From Mobula hypostoma (lineage: Eukaryota), in the NCBI RefSeq assembly GCF_963921235.1, contig NC_086108.1, forward strand, positions 3,348,001 through 3,412,000: DNA of 64,000 nucleotides. Direction: 5' to 3'. Below the pieces are notes generated by a model. That model saw only the letters and a list, made by a program, of their open reading frames with translations, was not told the DNA's origin and made no database searches. Positions 1-14,175 of the stretch are shown here, one piece after another. A program made the position numbers and the translations under genes. Within the stretch, counting starts at the first letter, position 1. Every line of letters starts with the position of its first letter.

Positions 1-1320
1 AGCACTCAAATCTACAGTGGTGAAATGCTTTTTGAAGTTGGTCTTGACTAGACTGAACTTCAACCTCAGAAAGGACCTGGACCCATTGCAATTTGCCTAT
101 CGCCACAATAGGTCAACGGCAGACGCAATCTCAGTGGCTCTCCACATGGCTTTAGACCACCTGGACAACACAAACACCTATGTCAGGATGCTGTTCATCG
201 ACTATAGTTCAACATTTAACACCTTCGTTCCCACAGTCCTGATTGAGAAGTTACAGAACTTGGGCCTTTGTACCTCCCTCTGAAATTGGATCCTTGACTT
301 CCTAACTGGAAGACCACAATCTATGTGAATTGGTGATAACATCTCCTCCTCGCTGATGATCAACACTGGCGCACCTCAGGGGTGTGTGCTTAGCCCACTG
401 CTCTACTCTCTCTATACCCATCACTGTGTGGCTAGGCATAGCTCAAACATCATCTACAAATTTGCTGATCTGTTGGTAGAATCTCAGGTGGTGACGAGAG
501 GGCGTACAGGAGTGAGGTATGCCAAGTAGAGGAGTGGTGTCGCAGCAACAACAGTAAGACGAAAGAGCTGATTGTGGACTTTGGGAAGGGTAAGACGAAG
601 GAACACATACCAATCCTCATAGAGGGATCAGAGGTGGAGAGAATGAGCAGTTTCAAGTTCCTGGGTGTCAAGATCTCTGAGGACCTAACCTGGTCCCAAC
701 ATATTGATGAAACTATAAAGAAGGCAAGACAGCGGCTATACTTCATTAGGAGTTTGAAAGATTTGGCATGTCAACAAATACATTCCAAAACTTCTATAGA
801 TGTACCGAGGAGAGCATTCTGACAGGCTGCATCACTGTCTGGTTTTGGGGGGGGGGGGCTGCTACTGCACAGGACCAAAAGAAGCTGCAGAGGGTTGTAA
901 ATTTGGCTGGCTCCATCTCGGGAACTAGCCTACAAAGTACTCAGGACATCTTTAGGGAGTGGTGTCTCAGAAATACAGCATCTATTATTAAAGACCCCCA
1001 GCACCCAGGGCATGTCCTTTTCTCATTGTTACCATCAGTTAGGAGGTACAGAAGCCTGAAGGCACACACTCAGTGATACAGGAACAGCTTCTTCCCCTCT
1101 GCCATCCAATTCCTAAATGGACATTGAACTCATGAACACTACCTCACTTTTTTATATACATGATTTTTTTGGCACAATTTTTAATCTTTCAATATGTGTA
1201 TTCTGTAATTGATTTACTTATTTATTTTCTACTTTTTTTCTTTTATATTATGTACTGCATTGAACCGCTGCTGCTAAGTTAACACATTTCACGACACATA
1301 CCGGTGATAATAAACCGGTC
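1..1320 (+). mobile_element. Rex1/Babar-type LINE 3' portion, decayed
   Basis: RT peptides [58 protein letters not shown]; stops and frameshifts. Confidence 0.9.
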
Positions 1321-2788
1321 TCTTGTCCCTCTTCCTTCCCTTTCTCCCATAGTCCCCTCTCCTCTCCTATCAGGTTCCATCTTCTTCAACTCTTTATTAT
1401 TTAGTTCTTTCTTTATTAAGATACAACACTTAATGCCCCAGTTTCACAGGACAATTACAATGACCATTAGCCCACCAACCTGTATGTTTTCGGACAGTGG
1501 AAGTGGAAACCAATGTGGTCATGGGGAGAATGTACAAACTCCTTACAGGCAGCAGTGAGGATTGAACCTGTGTCGCCTGGACTGTAAAGTGTTGATATAA
1601 CTCCTGCCCTACTGTTCCACCCCATCTCTTCCATCTACCCCCTCCCAGCTTCTTACTGCATTCCTATCCCCCACCCATCCATCTTCCCCCTCACCTGGTC
1701 TCACCTAAAAGCTGCCTTCCCCTCTCCCTACCTTCTTATTCTGGCTGTTTCCCCCTGCTTTTCCTGTCTTGATGAAGCGTCTCGACCCAAAACATCGACT
1801 GTTTATTCATTTCCATAGATGTTGCCTGACCTGCCGAGCTCCTCGAGCATTTTGTGTATGTGCTCAAGATTTCCAGCACCTGCAGAATCACTTGGGATGA
1901 AACGTCTCTCAAACACCGTTACAGCTGCTACCTTAACAGTGTGGTGCAGTTCATTTTTCTACTCATCATTTAGGTTACAAAAGAAATTGCTGGGGATATT
2001 TTTTGTAACTGTGCAGAATCTTTGCTTTACTCCCTGGAGATATGGAGTGTGAATGTGAATAATGCACTGGGCAACATAGTGGTTGGTGTCAGAGACCAGA
2101 CGGGCTTTACCGGTGCCATGGTAGTGTAGTGGTCATCACGACGTTTTACAGTACAGGCGACCCAGGTACATTTCCCGCTGCTGGCTGTAAGGAGCTTTAC
2201 TTTCTTGCCATGATTGCGTGGGTATCCTCCAGGTGGGTATACTCTGGATCCCTCTCACAGTAGGTTAATTGCTCATTGTGAATTGTCCCATGATTAGGCG
2301 AGGGTTCAGTTGGGGGATTGTTAAGGGCCAGAAGAGCCAACTCTGTGCTGTCCCTCAATACAGAAAATACAAATTACCATCTTCTGGGCAGTGTCCACTC
2401 CCCCCAACAGCCATTATCAATACCCTTCAGAGATTGTCTTGCCTGGTGTCAGTGGTCGCATAACCAGGACTTGTGATCTACACCAGCTGCTCACATGGCT
2501 TCATGTCATCGTGATCAGGTGAGGGGCGTTGGGGGGGTGGAGCTAAGCAGCTGCTAAAGCTGGCCCAGGGGTGACCTGCAGGCTAGCGGAGGTAAGGAGC
2601 AACGATGGTACAGATGTCCTTCCACCCTGCCAGCCAACTTGTTTATATGCCACTTCTGTACCTATTACAAAGATCTACGTGCGTCAATTTAAAATATCTC
2701 ATTTTGATTTCTTCCATTTCACCTCTTCAAATATCAGTACCTTTCATGAGGAAATGGAAAGAAGTATAAGACCAACAATGACATCAGT

Positions 2789-4975
2789 GTGGAAGAGGAG
2801 ATGACGGTGTTGGACAGGAGGTGTCGGTGTTGGAGGGGACATGTCGGTGTTGGAGAGGACATGTTGGTGTTGGAGAGATGTCGGTGTTGGAGGGGACATG
2901 TCGGTGTCGGAGAGGAGATGTCGGTGTTGGAGAGATGTCGGTGTCGGAGAGGAGATGTCGGCGTTGGAGAGGAGATGTCGGTGTTGCAGAGGGACATGTC
3001 GGTGTTGGAGAGGGACATGTCGGTGTTGGAGAGGGACATGTCGGTGTTGGAGAGATGTCAGTGTTGGAGAGGAGATGTCGGTGTTGGAGAGATGTCGGTG
3101 TTGGAGAGATGTCGGTGTCGGAGAGGAGATGTCGGTGTTGGAGAGGACGTGTCGGTGTTGGAGAGAGACATGTCAGTGTTGGAGAGATGTCGGTGTCGGA
3201 GAGGAGATGTCGGCGTTGGAGAGGAGATGTCAGTGTTGCAGAGGGACATGTCGGTGTTGGAGAGGGACATGTCAGTGTTGGAGAGGAGATGTCGGTGTTG
3301 GAGAGATGTCGGTGTTGGAGAGATGTCGGTGTCGGAGAGGAGATGTCGGTGTTGGAGAGGACGTGTCGGTGTTGGAGAGAGACATGTCAGTGTTGGAGAG
3401 ATGTCGGTGTCGGAGAGGAGATGTCGGTGTTGGAGAGGGACATGTCAGTGTTGGAGAGATGTCGGTGTCAGTGTCGGTGAGATGTCGGCGTTGGAGAGGA
3501 CGTGTCGGTGTTGGAGAGAGACATGTCGGTGTTGGAGAGGATATGTCGGTGTTGGAGTGGACATGTTGGTGTTGGAGAGATGTCGGTCTTGGAGGGGACA
3601 TGTCGGTGTTGGACAGGAGATGTCGGCGTTGGACAGGAGATGTTGGTGTTGGAGAGATGTCGGTGTCAGTGAGGTGATGTCGGTGTTGGAGAGGAGATGT
3701 CGGTGTTGGAGAGGAGATGTCAGTGTTGGAGAGATGTCGGTGTCGGAGAGGAGATGTCGGTGTTGGAGAGATGTCGGTGTCGGAGAGGAGATGTCGGCGT
3801 TGGAGAGGAGATGTCGGTGTTGGAGAGGGACATGTTGGTGTTGGAGAGATGTCAATGTTGGAGAGGAGATGTCGGTGTTGGAGAGGGACATGTCGGTGTT
3901 GGAGAGATGTCGGTGTCGGTGAGGAGATGTCGGCGTTGGAGAGGACGTGTCGGTGTTGGAGAGAGACATGTCGGTGTTGGAGAGAGACATGTCGGTGTTG
4001 GAGACATGTCGGTGTTGGAGAGATGTCGGTGTCGGTGAGGAGATGTCGGTGTTGGAGAGGGAGATGTCGGTGTTGGAGAGGGACGTGTCGGTGTTGGAGA
4101 GAGACATGTCGGTGTTGGAGAGATGTCGGTGTCGGTGAGGAGATGTCAGTGTTGGAGAGGAGATGTCGGTGTTGGAGAGGAGATGTCGGTGTTGGAGAGG
4201 GACATGTCGGTGTTGGAGAGATGTCGGTGTCGGTGTCGGAGAGGAGATGTCGGTGTCGGAGAGGAGATGTCGGTGTCGGAGAGGAGATGTCTGTGTTGAA
4301 GAGGAGATGTCGGTGTTGGATAGATGTCGGTGTCGGTGAGGAGATGTCGGTGTTGGAGAGGAGATGTCGGTGTTGGAGAGGAGATGTCGGTGTTGGAGAG
4401 GAGATGTCGGTGTTGGAGAGGGACATGTCGGTGTTGGAGAGATGTCGGTGTCGGTGAGGAGATGTCGGTGTCGGAGAGGAGATGTCGGTGTCGGAGAGGA
4501 GATGTCGGTGTCGGAGAGGAGGTGTTGGTGTTGGAGAGGAGATGTCTGTGTTGAAGAGGAGATGTCGGTGTTGGATAGATGTCGGTGTCGGTGAGGAGAT
4601 GTCGGTGTCGGAGAGGAGATGTCGGTGTTGGAGAGGAGATGTCGGCGTTGGAGAGGAGATGTCGGTGTTGGAGAGGGACATGTCGGTGTTGGAGAGATGT
4701 CGGTGTCGGTGTCGGCGAGGAGATGTTGGTGTTGGAGAGGAGATGTCTGTGTTGGAGAGGGACATGTCGGTGTTGGAGAGGAGATGTCAGTGTTGGATAG
4801 ATGTCGGTGTCGGTGAGGAGATGTCGATGTCGGAGAGATGTCGGCGTTGGAGAGGAGATGTCGGTGTTGGAGAGGGACATGTCAGTGTTGGAGTGGAGAT
4901 ACCAGCGTTGGCTGGAGATATCTGTGTGGGACAGGGGATGCGGGTGTTGGAGAGGAGATGTCAGTGTTGGAGAAG
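2789..4975. repeat. ~2.2 kb minisatellite, 17/20/21-bp variants of GAGATGTCGGTGTTGGAGAG
   Basis: Directly visible tandem array in SIRT2 intron 8. It explains the many repetitive ORFs in the track. Confidence 0.97.
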
Positions 4976-5143
4976 GGAAGTGTATCTCAGAGTAGTTTAT
5001 GGTGATATTTGCATTTTGATAAATTTATTTTGAATTTTGAACTTTGAACCTTGACTCCCAACTCCTTTGGTAGCTCCCATTTCTGAATTTATTCCATATT
5101 TAGAAAATAGCATGCACTATATAAATAGTAACGGGGAGCTTAC

Positions 5144-5212
5144 CTGTGTGTAACAGCGTAACAGCAGTCCCTTGTCTCGTAGCATCCGTATAAAGTAATG
5201 GGAGACTGTGGG
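5144..5212 (-). CDS. SIRT2: SIRT2 coding exon 8 (PTVSHYFIRMLRDKGLLLRCYTQ)
   Basis: cccttacag|CCC...CAG|gtaagc; 69 nt, ending at YTQ of the YTQNID motif. The next exon was not found in 1-5100, so it is presumably outside the window. Confidence 0.98.
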
Positions 5213-6654
5213 CTGTAAGGGACACAGATTCATCATTAAAGGGACTGGAATGTGAAGAAGATGCTTGAAGTTCACATCCAAAACCCCTAACAAATCTCAA
5301 GGGCACTTGGCACTTCTATAGCACCTCACTACCTCAAAATACTGTCATAGGAAAGCAACATCCGTAATCAGAGATCCTCACCACCCAGGCCATGCTCTCT
5401 TCTCACTGCTACCATCAGGCAGAAGGTAGAGGAGCCTCAGGACTTGCCCCACCAGCTTCAAGAACAGTTACTGCTCCTCAACCATCAGGCTCTGGAGCAA
5501 AAGGGGATAACTACACTCACTTCTCCATCCACTGAGATGTTCCCAGAACTAATGATCTCACTTTAAGGACTCTTTATGTCATTATCTCATGTTTTTGTTA
5601 TTTATTGCTATTTATTGATATTTGCATTAACACAGTTTGTTGTCTTCTGCACTCTGGTTGATCTTTCATTGATCCTGTTATAGTTACTGTTCCATAGATT
5701 TGTTGAGTATACCCACAGGAAATTGAATCTCAGGGTTGTATATGGTGACGTATATATGTACACTCATAATAACATTTACTTTGAAGTTTTTACACTATTT
5801 ATTTATATTTGTAATTTATTTTAATTTAATGTCTTTGCACCACTCTGTTGCCCCAAACTACCAATGCCAGTGTCAGTGATAATTATCGTGACTCTGATCT
5901 TTTCTGGACCGAAATGTTATAAGCACTTTATGACCAATGAAGGTCTGGTTTAGCACAGGAGCAGGCCTTCAGCCCACCCAACTTCCTTCCCCCTGCTCCT
6001 GTGTCACATTACACCAAACCAATCTGCCCATACATAATCCATATCCCTCTATTCCCTGTCTGATTAAATGCCTGTTAATGTGTTAATGGCAGTCAAGGTA
6101 CATTTAAACAGCCTCAGGAGCAGACAGGATGCCGGCATGACAGTAGAATGCATAGTTGTCGGAACTGGAAGCATGCTGAGACTTGCAGGCTGCCCCCAGC
6201 ACTTCCTCGGACTGTGCTGGCTATTGACACAAATGGTGCATTTCATGGTATGATTCAACAAGCATATGTGACAAATAAAACCACCACCACCCTGGCAGCA
6301 GATTCCAGGTATCCAGTATTCTCTGTGTAAAGGACTTGCCTGGCATATCTCCTTTCAACTTTGTACTTCACACCTTAAAGCTACGGCCTCTAGTATTAGG
6401 CATTTCTACACCTGAAAATTCTATCAACCCTATCTATCCCTCTCACGTCTTCCTCCAGTTTCTGGTGCTCTGGAGAAAATGATCCAAGTTTGTCCAGTGA
6501 TTCAGGAACAGCTCCTTCCTCTCCTTGGCCACTACCTCATATTATTCCTTTCCTCCTCCTCCTCTCTCTATTTACTTATTTACAGTCATTTTATGTCTTT
6601 GCACTACGTTGGTGCTTCAATATAACAAAGTTCACATCATATACTGTAAGACAA

Positions 6655-7090
6655 GGGTGTTGGGATGGAGATACGTCTCTACCAAAGGAGGTATAAGGAG
6701 CTCTTCTCTCCACTAACCTGCAGGTCACCCTCGGGCGAGGTGTAGCACCTGTTTAGGGCCCTCTCCCCACCTACCCCGATCAGGGTCACGTGAAGCCATG
6801 GGAGCAGATGGTGGATGGTCGTATGAGCAGCTGTTACATATGACAAGTCCTGGTTATGTGACCATGGACGCCAGGCAGACAACCTCTGAAGAGTATTGAT
6901 AATGCCTGGGGAGGGGAGGGTCACCCGTCTTGTAAAGGCACTGCCCAGAAGAAGGCAATGGCAAACCACTTCTGTAGAAAAATTTGCCAAGAACAATCAC
7001 GGTCATGGATAAGCCCATGATCGCTCATGTCATGCAACATGGCACATAACGATGATGTCATACAACACCGCACATAACAGTGATGATGAG
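6655..7090 (+). mobile_element. Non-autonomous RTE-related short retroposon (other copies ~2375-2630, ~17140-17255, ~44550-44850 on minus)
   Basis: Dispersed repeat containing gaaggcaatggcaaaccac (RTE/BovB-like motif) and a (gat)n-like tail. Confidence 0.55.
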
Positions 7091-7337
7091 TGTGTGAGTG
7101 AGGAGTGCAATATGGGGGTTAGTTGATGGGAACAACAAAGACTGACCTGAGACCCTGGGAGGTGAAAGGGGGGAAGAAATGAAAGGCTAGGGAAGAAGGG
7201 ATTTTGCTCCTTAGTATTTTGCGCGTGGTGCTCACACTCTTGAATGTTCCTCTGCCCAAGCAGGGATGATGGTTTAAGAAGAAGAAGAGTGCAGAGGAAC
7301 CAATGTTTTATACAACTCCTTTTGTGTCATTTCTTAC

Positions 7338-7394
7338 CTTAAACTGTCCCGGGTACAGTTCTTTAGCCAGTGCAAAAAACGGCTCGGGGTTTTG
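7338..7394 (-). CDS. SIRT2: SIRT2 coding exon 7 (QNPEPFFALAKELYPGQFK)
   Basis: tttcag|CAA...AAG|gtaaga; 57 nt. Near identical to mammalian PEPFFALAKELYPGQFK. Confidence 0.98.
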
Positions 7395-7639
7395 CTGAAA
7401 GTCAACAACAAAAGGTCAATCTTTCTAAATTAATGATGTGGCACAGAGGCATTTAATGACATGACATGCTGAATACTGTGAATTGTAAACGGAACCTTGG
7501 TCCTAGTCATGAGAAACTAAAGAATTATAAAGGGAAGTGGCTAATTTAAAAGATTAGTGATCCTTCTAATTAGACGGTGGTTAATTGGGAGTCTGATTCA
7601 TTATAAAGGGAACTTTGGTCCCAGTAACAAGAAACTTAA

Positions 7640-9105
7640 GACCATAAGATATAGGAGCAGAAGTAGGCCATTTGGCCCATCAAGGCTGCTCCGCCATTCA
7701 ATCATGGGCTGATCCAACTCTTCCAGTCAACCCCACTTCTCTGCTTTCACCCCACACCCTTTGATGCCCTGGCTAATCAAGAACCCATCTAGCTCTGCCT
7801 TAATTACACCCAATGACTTGGCCTCCACAGTTGCTTGTGGGAACAAATTCCACAGATTTACCACTCTCAGACTAAAGTAATTTCTCCACATCTCTGTTCA
7901 AAATGGACGTCCTTCAATCCTGAAGTCATGCCCTCTTGTCCCAGATTCCCCTACCATGGGAAGTAACTTTGCCGTATCTAATCTGTTCAGCCTTTTAACA
8001 TTTGGAATGTTTCTATGAGATCCCCCCTCATTCTCCTGAACTCCAGGGAATACAGCCCAAGAGCTGCCAGATGTTCCTCATACGGTAACCCTTTCATTCC
8101 TGGAATCATTCTCGTGAATCTTCTCTGAACCCTCTCCAATGTCAGTATATCCTTTCTAAAATAAGGAGCCCAAAACTGCACACAATACTCCATGTGTGGT
8201 CTCACGAGTGCCTCATAGAGCCTCAAAATCACATCCCTGCTCTTATATTCTGTACCTCTAGAAATGAATGCCAACATTGCATTCGCCTTCTTCACAACCG
8301 ACTCAACCTGTTGGTTAACCTTTAGTGTATCTTGCACAAGGACTCCCAAGTCCCTTTGCATCTCTGCATTTTGAATTCTCTCCCCATCTAAATAATAGTC
8401 TGCCTGTTTATTTCTTCCCCCAAAGTGCATGACCATACACTTTCCAACATTGTATTTCATTTGCCACTTCTTTACCCATTCTCCTAAACTATCCAAGTCT
8501 CTCTGCAGGCTCTGTTTCCTCAACACTACCTGCTTCTCCACCTATCTTTGTATCATCGTCAAATTTAGCCACAAAGCTATTAATCCCATAGTCCAAATCA
8601 TTGACATACATCATAAAAAGCAGCGGTCCCAACAGCAACCCCAGTGGAACTCCACTGGTAACCGGCAGCCAGCCAGAATAGGATCCCTTTATTCCCACTC
8701 TCCGTTTTCTGATGATCAGCCAATGCTCCACCCATGCTAGTAACTTCCCTGTAATTCCATGGGCTCTTATCTTGCTAAGCAGCCTCATGTATGGCACCTT
8801 GTCAAAGGCCTTCTGAAAATCCAAGTACACCACGTCTACTGCATCTCCTTTGTCTACCCTATTTGTAATTTCCTCAAAAAATTGCAGAAGGTTTGTCAGG
8901 CAGGATTTTCCTTTCAGGAGACCATGCTGGCTTTGGCCTATCTTGTCATGTGCTTTCAGGTACTCTGAAATCTCATCCCTAACAAGCGATTCCAACAACT
9001 TCCCAACCACTGACGTCAGGTTAACAGGTCTATAGTTTCCTTTCTGCTGCCTCCCACCCTTCTTGAAATAGTGAAGCAATATTTGCAATTCTCCAGTCAT
9101 CCGTT
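7640..9105 (-). mobile_element. CR1 LINE 3' part (RT)
   Basis: NYRPVNLTSVVGKLLE, VYLDFQKAFDKVP, KFDDDTK, LVRPHMEYCVQFW; CR1 3' tail. Confidence 0.95.
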
Positions 9106-9867
9106 ACATCGTGTGGTGCAACTTGTGGCGCAACGAGTGTTGTTTTTGCCATTTCCTTCATATGTGATCGTTTTTTTTACGAGGCCGAGTCACTAGCTCG
9201 ACACTCAAGCCAGCACTTGGTAGAGTCACCCATGACAAGCAGGTCAAAGGGTAGAGGCCAGACTAAGAGTGGTCCACTGGTCCTGCAGGTTCAGGGGTTC
9301 AGCTCAGGGTAAACAACTGGTAAAACTAAATTGTTATGGAAACAGCAATGAAGAATACTTCCATATCTGAGTGCAACGGTATTCCTGAGTCTCTATGGGG
9401 GACTTGCATAACCTACAGAGAGGAAGCTACTGACATGATGCACACTGCCATAGATGGCGAACCTTCGTTGCTGTTCTAAACACCAGAGGCACAATAGGCA
9501 GTAAGTAAGTATTCCCCCCATATTCCCATCAACTTGCCCCACAGACACCACCCACCTACTCACAGTGGCAATTCACCCACTGGCCTGCACTTGTTCGCTA
9601 TGTGGGAGGAAACGGTAAATCCACACAGTCACAGGGAGATCAGGGGAGGAAAATGCAGGGAAGTAGAGATGAGTCCGAGATCACATTAGTCACCATCTTG
9701 TCCAATGCTAGGGCTGACTGAAAGAAATGGAACACATTTTGCACATTGAGCACATCTACGAGAAGCACTGCCCCAGGAAAGCAGCGTCCAAATTCAAGGA
9801 CACCCTCCATCCAGTCCATGCTCTGTTCTCACTGCTGCCATCCAGAAAAATGTACAGGAGCCAACAG

Positions 9868-10327
9868 GACCCACCCCACCAGGTCCAGGAACAGTTATTA
9901 CCCCTCAATCATCAAGGCTCCTGAACCAGTGTGAATAACTTCACTCACCACAATGAGCCTCAGGTCCCACACCACCAGGTTCAGGAACAGTTATCACCCC
10001 ACAACCATCAGGCCCCTGAACCAGTGTGGATAACTTCACTCACCACAATGAGCCTCAGATCCCACACCACCAGGTTCAGGAACAGTTATTACCCCACAAC
10101 CATCAGGCTCCTGAACCAGTGTGGATAACTTCACTCACCACAATGAGCCTCAGGTCCCACACCAGCAGGTTCAGGAACAGTTATCACCCCACAACCATCA
10201 GGCCCCTGCACCAGTGTGGATAACTTCACTCACCACAATGAGCCTCAGATCCCACACCACCAGGTTCAGGAACAGTTATCACCCCACAACCATCAGGCTC
10301 CTGAACCAGTGTGGATAACTTCACTCA
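9868..10327 (+). repeat. 95-bp tandem repeat (~5 copies) derived from a LINE 3' end
   Basis: Unit ...caccaggttcaggaacagttatcaccccacaaccatcaggctcctgaaccagtgtggataacttcactcaccacaatgagcctca; ORF starts are spaced exactly 95 nt apart. Confidence 0.95.
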
Positions 10328-11311
10328 ACTCAACTCTGAAATGATTCTACAACCTACAGATTCACTTTCAAAGACTCTACAGCTCATGTCCTCAGTTGTC
10401 GTTAATTATTTATCTAGCTATCTATTTCCTATGGTGGGGTAGTCTAAGCCTCAGAATAGAGGGGTATCCTTTTAGAATGGAGATGAAGAGGAATTTCATT
10501 AGCCAAAGAGTGGTGAATCTGTGGAATTCATTGCCACGTGCAGCTGTGGAGGCCTGGCCATTGATATATTTGAGGCTGAGGTTGATAGATTCTTGATTAG
10601 TCAGGGCATGAAGGGATATGGGAAGAAGGCAGGAGATTGGGGCTGAGAGGGTAAGTGGATCAACCATGATGAAATGCAGAACAGACTTGATGGGCCAAAT
10701 GGCCTAACTCTGCTCCAATATCTTATGGCCTTTTGGTCTTTTTTATTTTATTTGCACTTTGTCTTCATGTGCACATTGGTTGTTTGTCTTTGAGTCTATG
10801 ATTTTTAAAATTTATTTTATTGTATTTCTCTGTTCTACTGTGAGTGCCTGCATGAAAATGAATCTCAGAGTTGTATATGGTGACACATACATATTTTGAT
10901 AATAAATTTACTTTGAACTTTGAATTTTGACCCATGGAGCCAGGACACTAATCATTTTGAACTCCTGAACTCTTGATCTCCTGACCATATATCTTTTCAT
11001 TTATTCATTGGCTAAGTATTAGCATATTACACCTGTGCTATGACTGCAACTGTTGATTGGTTTATCCTTATCTATGTAATTTTTGTTAGCTGGAATAAAG
11101 GTGATCGATTTTTCAAAGGCACCATCTTTTTAGTGAGTATATTGAACCTCTACTTTGCTCTTACCTCCTCACTCAGTTTCAAATGCTCTGCATCTTTGTT
11201 TAAACTTTAAAATAAACGATTGTGAAGAATAAATGAATCAACATTTCTTGCCCATTCCTAAATTCCTAAACGAACCGAGGGATCGAAAATTATTAAGATC
11301 CAACAACATCA

Positions 11312-11467
<156 letters not shown>

Positions 11468-11602
11468 TTAGGGGACAAACGTCAGAGGTAAAGTTAGGAA
11501 GATGCTAGGTGGTGGCGGATCATGCCAGCTATCTCTTAACAATAATCTGATTTTGAAGTTCAGGAAATTAAAATAAACTGCCAGTACTGTAAATCTGATA
11601 TA

Positions 11603-13177
11603 CAATGGCATGCAAAAGTTTGGGCACCCCTGGTCAAAATTTCTGTTACTGTGAATAGCTAATCGAGTAAAAGATTACCTGATTTCCAAAAGGCATAAAG
11701 TTAAAGATGACACATTTCTTTAATATTTTAAGCAAGTTACTTTTTCATTTCCATCTTTTACAGTTTCAAAATAACAAAAAGGGAAAAGGGCCCAAAGCAA
11801 AGGTTTGGGCACCCTCCATGGTCAGTACTTAGTAACACAGTAACACCCCCTTTGGCAAGTATCACAGTCTGTAAATGCTTTCTGTAGCCAGCTAAGAGTC
11901 TATCAATTCTTGTTTGGGGAATTTTTGCCCATTCTTCCTTGCAAAAGACTTCTAGTTCTGCCAGATTCTTGGACCGTCTTGCATGCACTGCTCTTTTGAG
12001 GTCTATCCACAGATTTTCGATAATGTTTAGGTCGGGGGACTGTGAGCGCCATGGCAAAACCTTCAGCTTGCACCTCTTGAGGTAGTCCATTGTGGATTTT
12101 GAGGTGTGTTTAGGATCATTATCCTATTGTAGAAGCCATCCTCTTTTCATCTTCAGCTTTTTTTACAGACAGTGTGATGTTTGCTTCCAGAATTTGCTGG
12201 TATTTAATTGAATTCATTCTTTCCTCTACCAGTGAAATGTTCCCCGTGCCATTGGCTGTAACACAAGCCCAAAGCATGATCGATCCACCCCCGTGCTTAA
12301 CAGTTGGAGAGGTGTTCTTTTCATGAAATTCTGCACCCTTTTTTCTCCAAACATACCTTTGCTCATTGTGGCCAAAAAGTTCTATTTTAACTTCATCAGT
12401 CCACATGACTTGTTTCCTAGATGCGTCAGGCTTGTTTAGACGTTCCTTTGCAAAACTTCTGAAGCTGAATTTTGTGGTGAGGACGCAGGAAAGGTTTTCT
12501 TCTGATGACTCTTCCATGAAGGTCATATTTGTGCAGGTGTCGTTGCACAGTAGAACAGTGCACCACCACTCCAGAGTCTGCTAAATCTTCCTGAAGGTCT
12601 TTTGCAGTCAAACGGAGGTTTTGATTTGCCTTTCTAGCAATCCTACAAGCAGTTCTCTCGGAAAGTTTTCTTGGTCTTCCAGACCTCAACTCAGACCTGA
12701 AAACGCTTTGCTATCTTCTTATAGCCTTCTCCTGCTTTGTGGGCATCATTTATTTTAATTTTCAGAATGCTAGGCAGCTGCTTAGAGGAGCCCATGGATG
12801 CTGATTGTTGGAACAAGGTTTGAGGAGTCAGGGTATTTATAAAGCTTTGAAATTTGGATCACCTGGCCTTTCCTAATGATGACTGTGAACAAGCCATAGC
12901 CCTAACAAGCTAATTAATGTCTGAGACCTTGGTAAACGTTATCTGAGAGCTCAAATCTCTTGGGGTGCCCAAACTTTTGCATGGTGCTCCTTTCCTTTTT
13001 TTCCCACTCTAAAATTGTACAAAACAAAAATAATACACTAATCTTGCTTAAAATGTTGAAAAGAATGTTTCATCTTTAACTTTATGACTTTTGGAGATCA
13101 GTTCATCTTCTACTCACTTAACTATTCACAGTAACAGAAATTTTGACCAGGAGTGCCCAAACTTTTGCATACTACTG
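11603..13177 (-). mobile_element. Full-length Tc1 transposon with frameshifted transposase
   Basis: TA-flanked TIRs caatggcatgcaaaagtttgggcacccctggtc / gaccaggagtgcccaaacttttgcatactactg; peptides SGRPRKLS, WTDEVKIELFG, KHGGGSIMLW, SQSPDLNIIENLW. Confidence 0.95.
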
Positions 13178-14175
13178 TAAGAACAGAAAGTGCAACAGGT
13201 CAGGCTGCATCTGTGGGAAGGAAAAAGCTAATGTTTGAAATCCTTTTATGGTAGAGACCAGTCTGACCAAGGGTAATTGATGAAATAGTTGCTCTGTTTC
13301 CCTTCCCCCATGGATGCTGCCTGACCTGAGGAGCATTTCAAGCATCCTCTGGTTTTGTTCCAAGTTCATGATGTGCTGTTATATCAAAAACCCCTGCTTC
13401 CAGTAACATTAGCTTTGTTCTGTGGACAGGCCAGGGTGATGGCCATGCAGAAGAATGGAACATATTCAAACAACACCTTCATCTCAACTTTCTTGTGTTT
13501 GTTCCTGTTCTTGTGCTTAGATATGTTTATCTAAGAAATTTATGTTATCTGGATTATAGAAATCCACATTCTGTGCTTGTTTACCAATCTCATCAGTCCT
13601 TACCCTTCTATTTCTGCAGCCTTTTTCCCACCACCTCCCCAATCCAGTCTCACTCAATTCCAGTTTTCTTCCGTTCCAGCTCTGGCTCTGGGAGGGAAGG
13701 AGGGAGGGAGGGAGGATAGAGAGGGAGAGAGACAGAGAGAGACAGGAAGGAAGGAAGCGAAGAAAGGAAGGAAGGATGGGATGAAGAATCTCTCCTTCTG
13801 CCCCTTTCTCTCTTTCTCTGCAAAAATCTAGGCTGGCACCCCAGTGTACTACTGAAGGAGTGCTGCACTGTCAAACCCGCTTAGACATTGAACTGAGGCC
13901 ATGTCTGCTCTCTGAAGTGGAAGTAAAAGATCCCCATGAAACTCTTTCCAAGAAGACAATGGGAATTTTTCGTGGCACTTGGGGGACAACTTCACAAAGA
14001 ATGTTTATTTTGTCATTTGCATACTGCTGTTTAATCACTGCTCTGAAACCCGTCTTTAGCTGTAAAGTGATTCAGGACATCCTCACATGGATGTGAAAAG
14101 CAAAATCAAGTGCAGACTACAGTGGGAATAATTCCCTCAGTGAAAATAATGGTAAACCGAAGATCAAACACTTAC

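Noticed and set aside
2734..5033. Long ORFs (up to 497 aa) on both strands, Cys/Arg- or His/Thr-rich
   Set aside because: Translations of a stop-poor minisatellite in all frames, inside a SIRT2 intron.
6655..7090. Possible HDV-like ribozyme in the RTE-related repeat (also 37330-37912)
   Set aside because: Partial helices are visible, but I could not build a canonical P1-P4 double pseudoknot; the P3/L3 geometry is wrong. It needs a motif search.
2789..10327. Tandem arrays as possible CRISPR arrays
   Set aside because: No unique spacers, no cas genes, vertebrate context.
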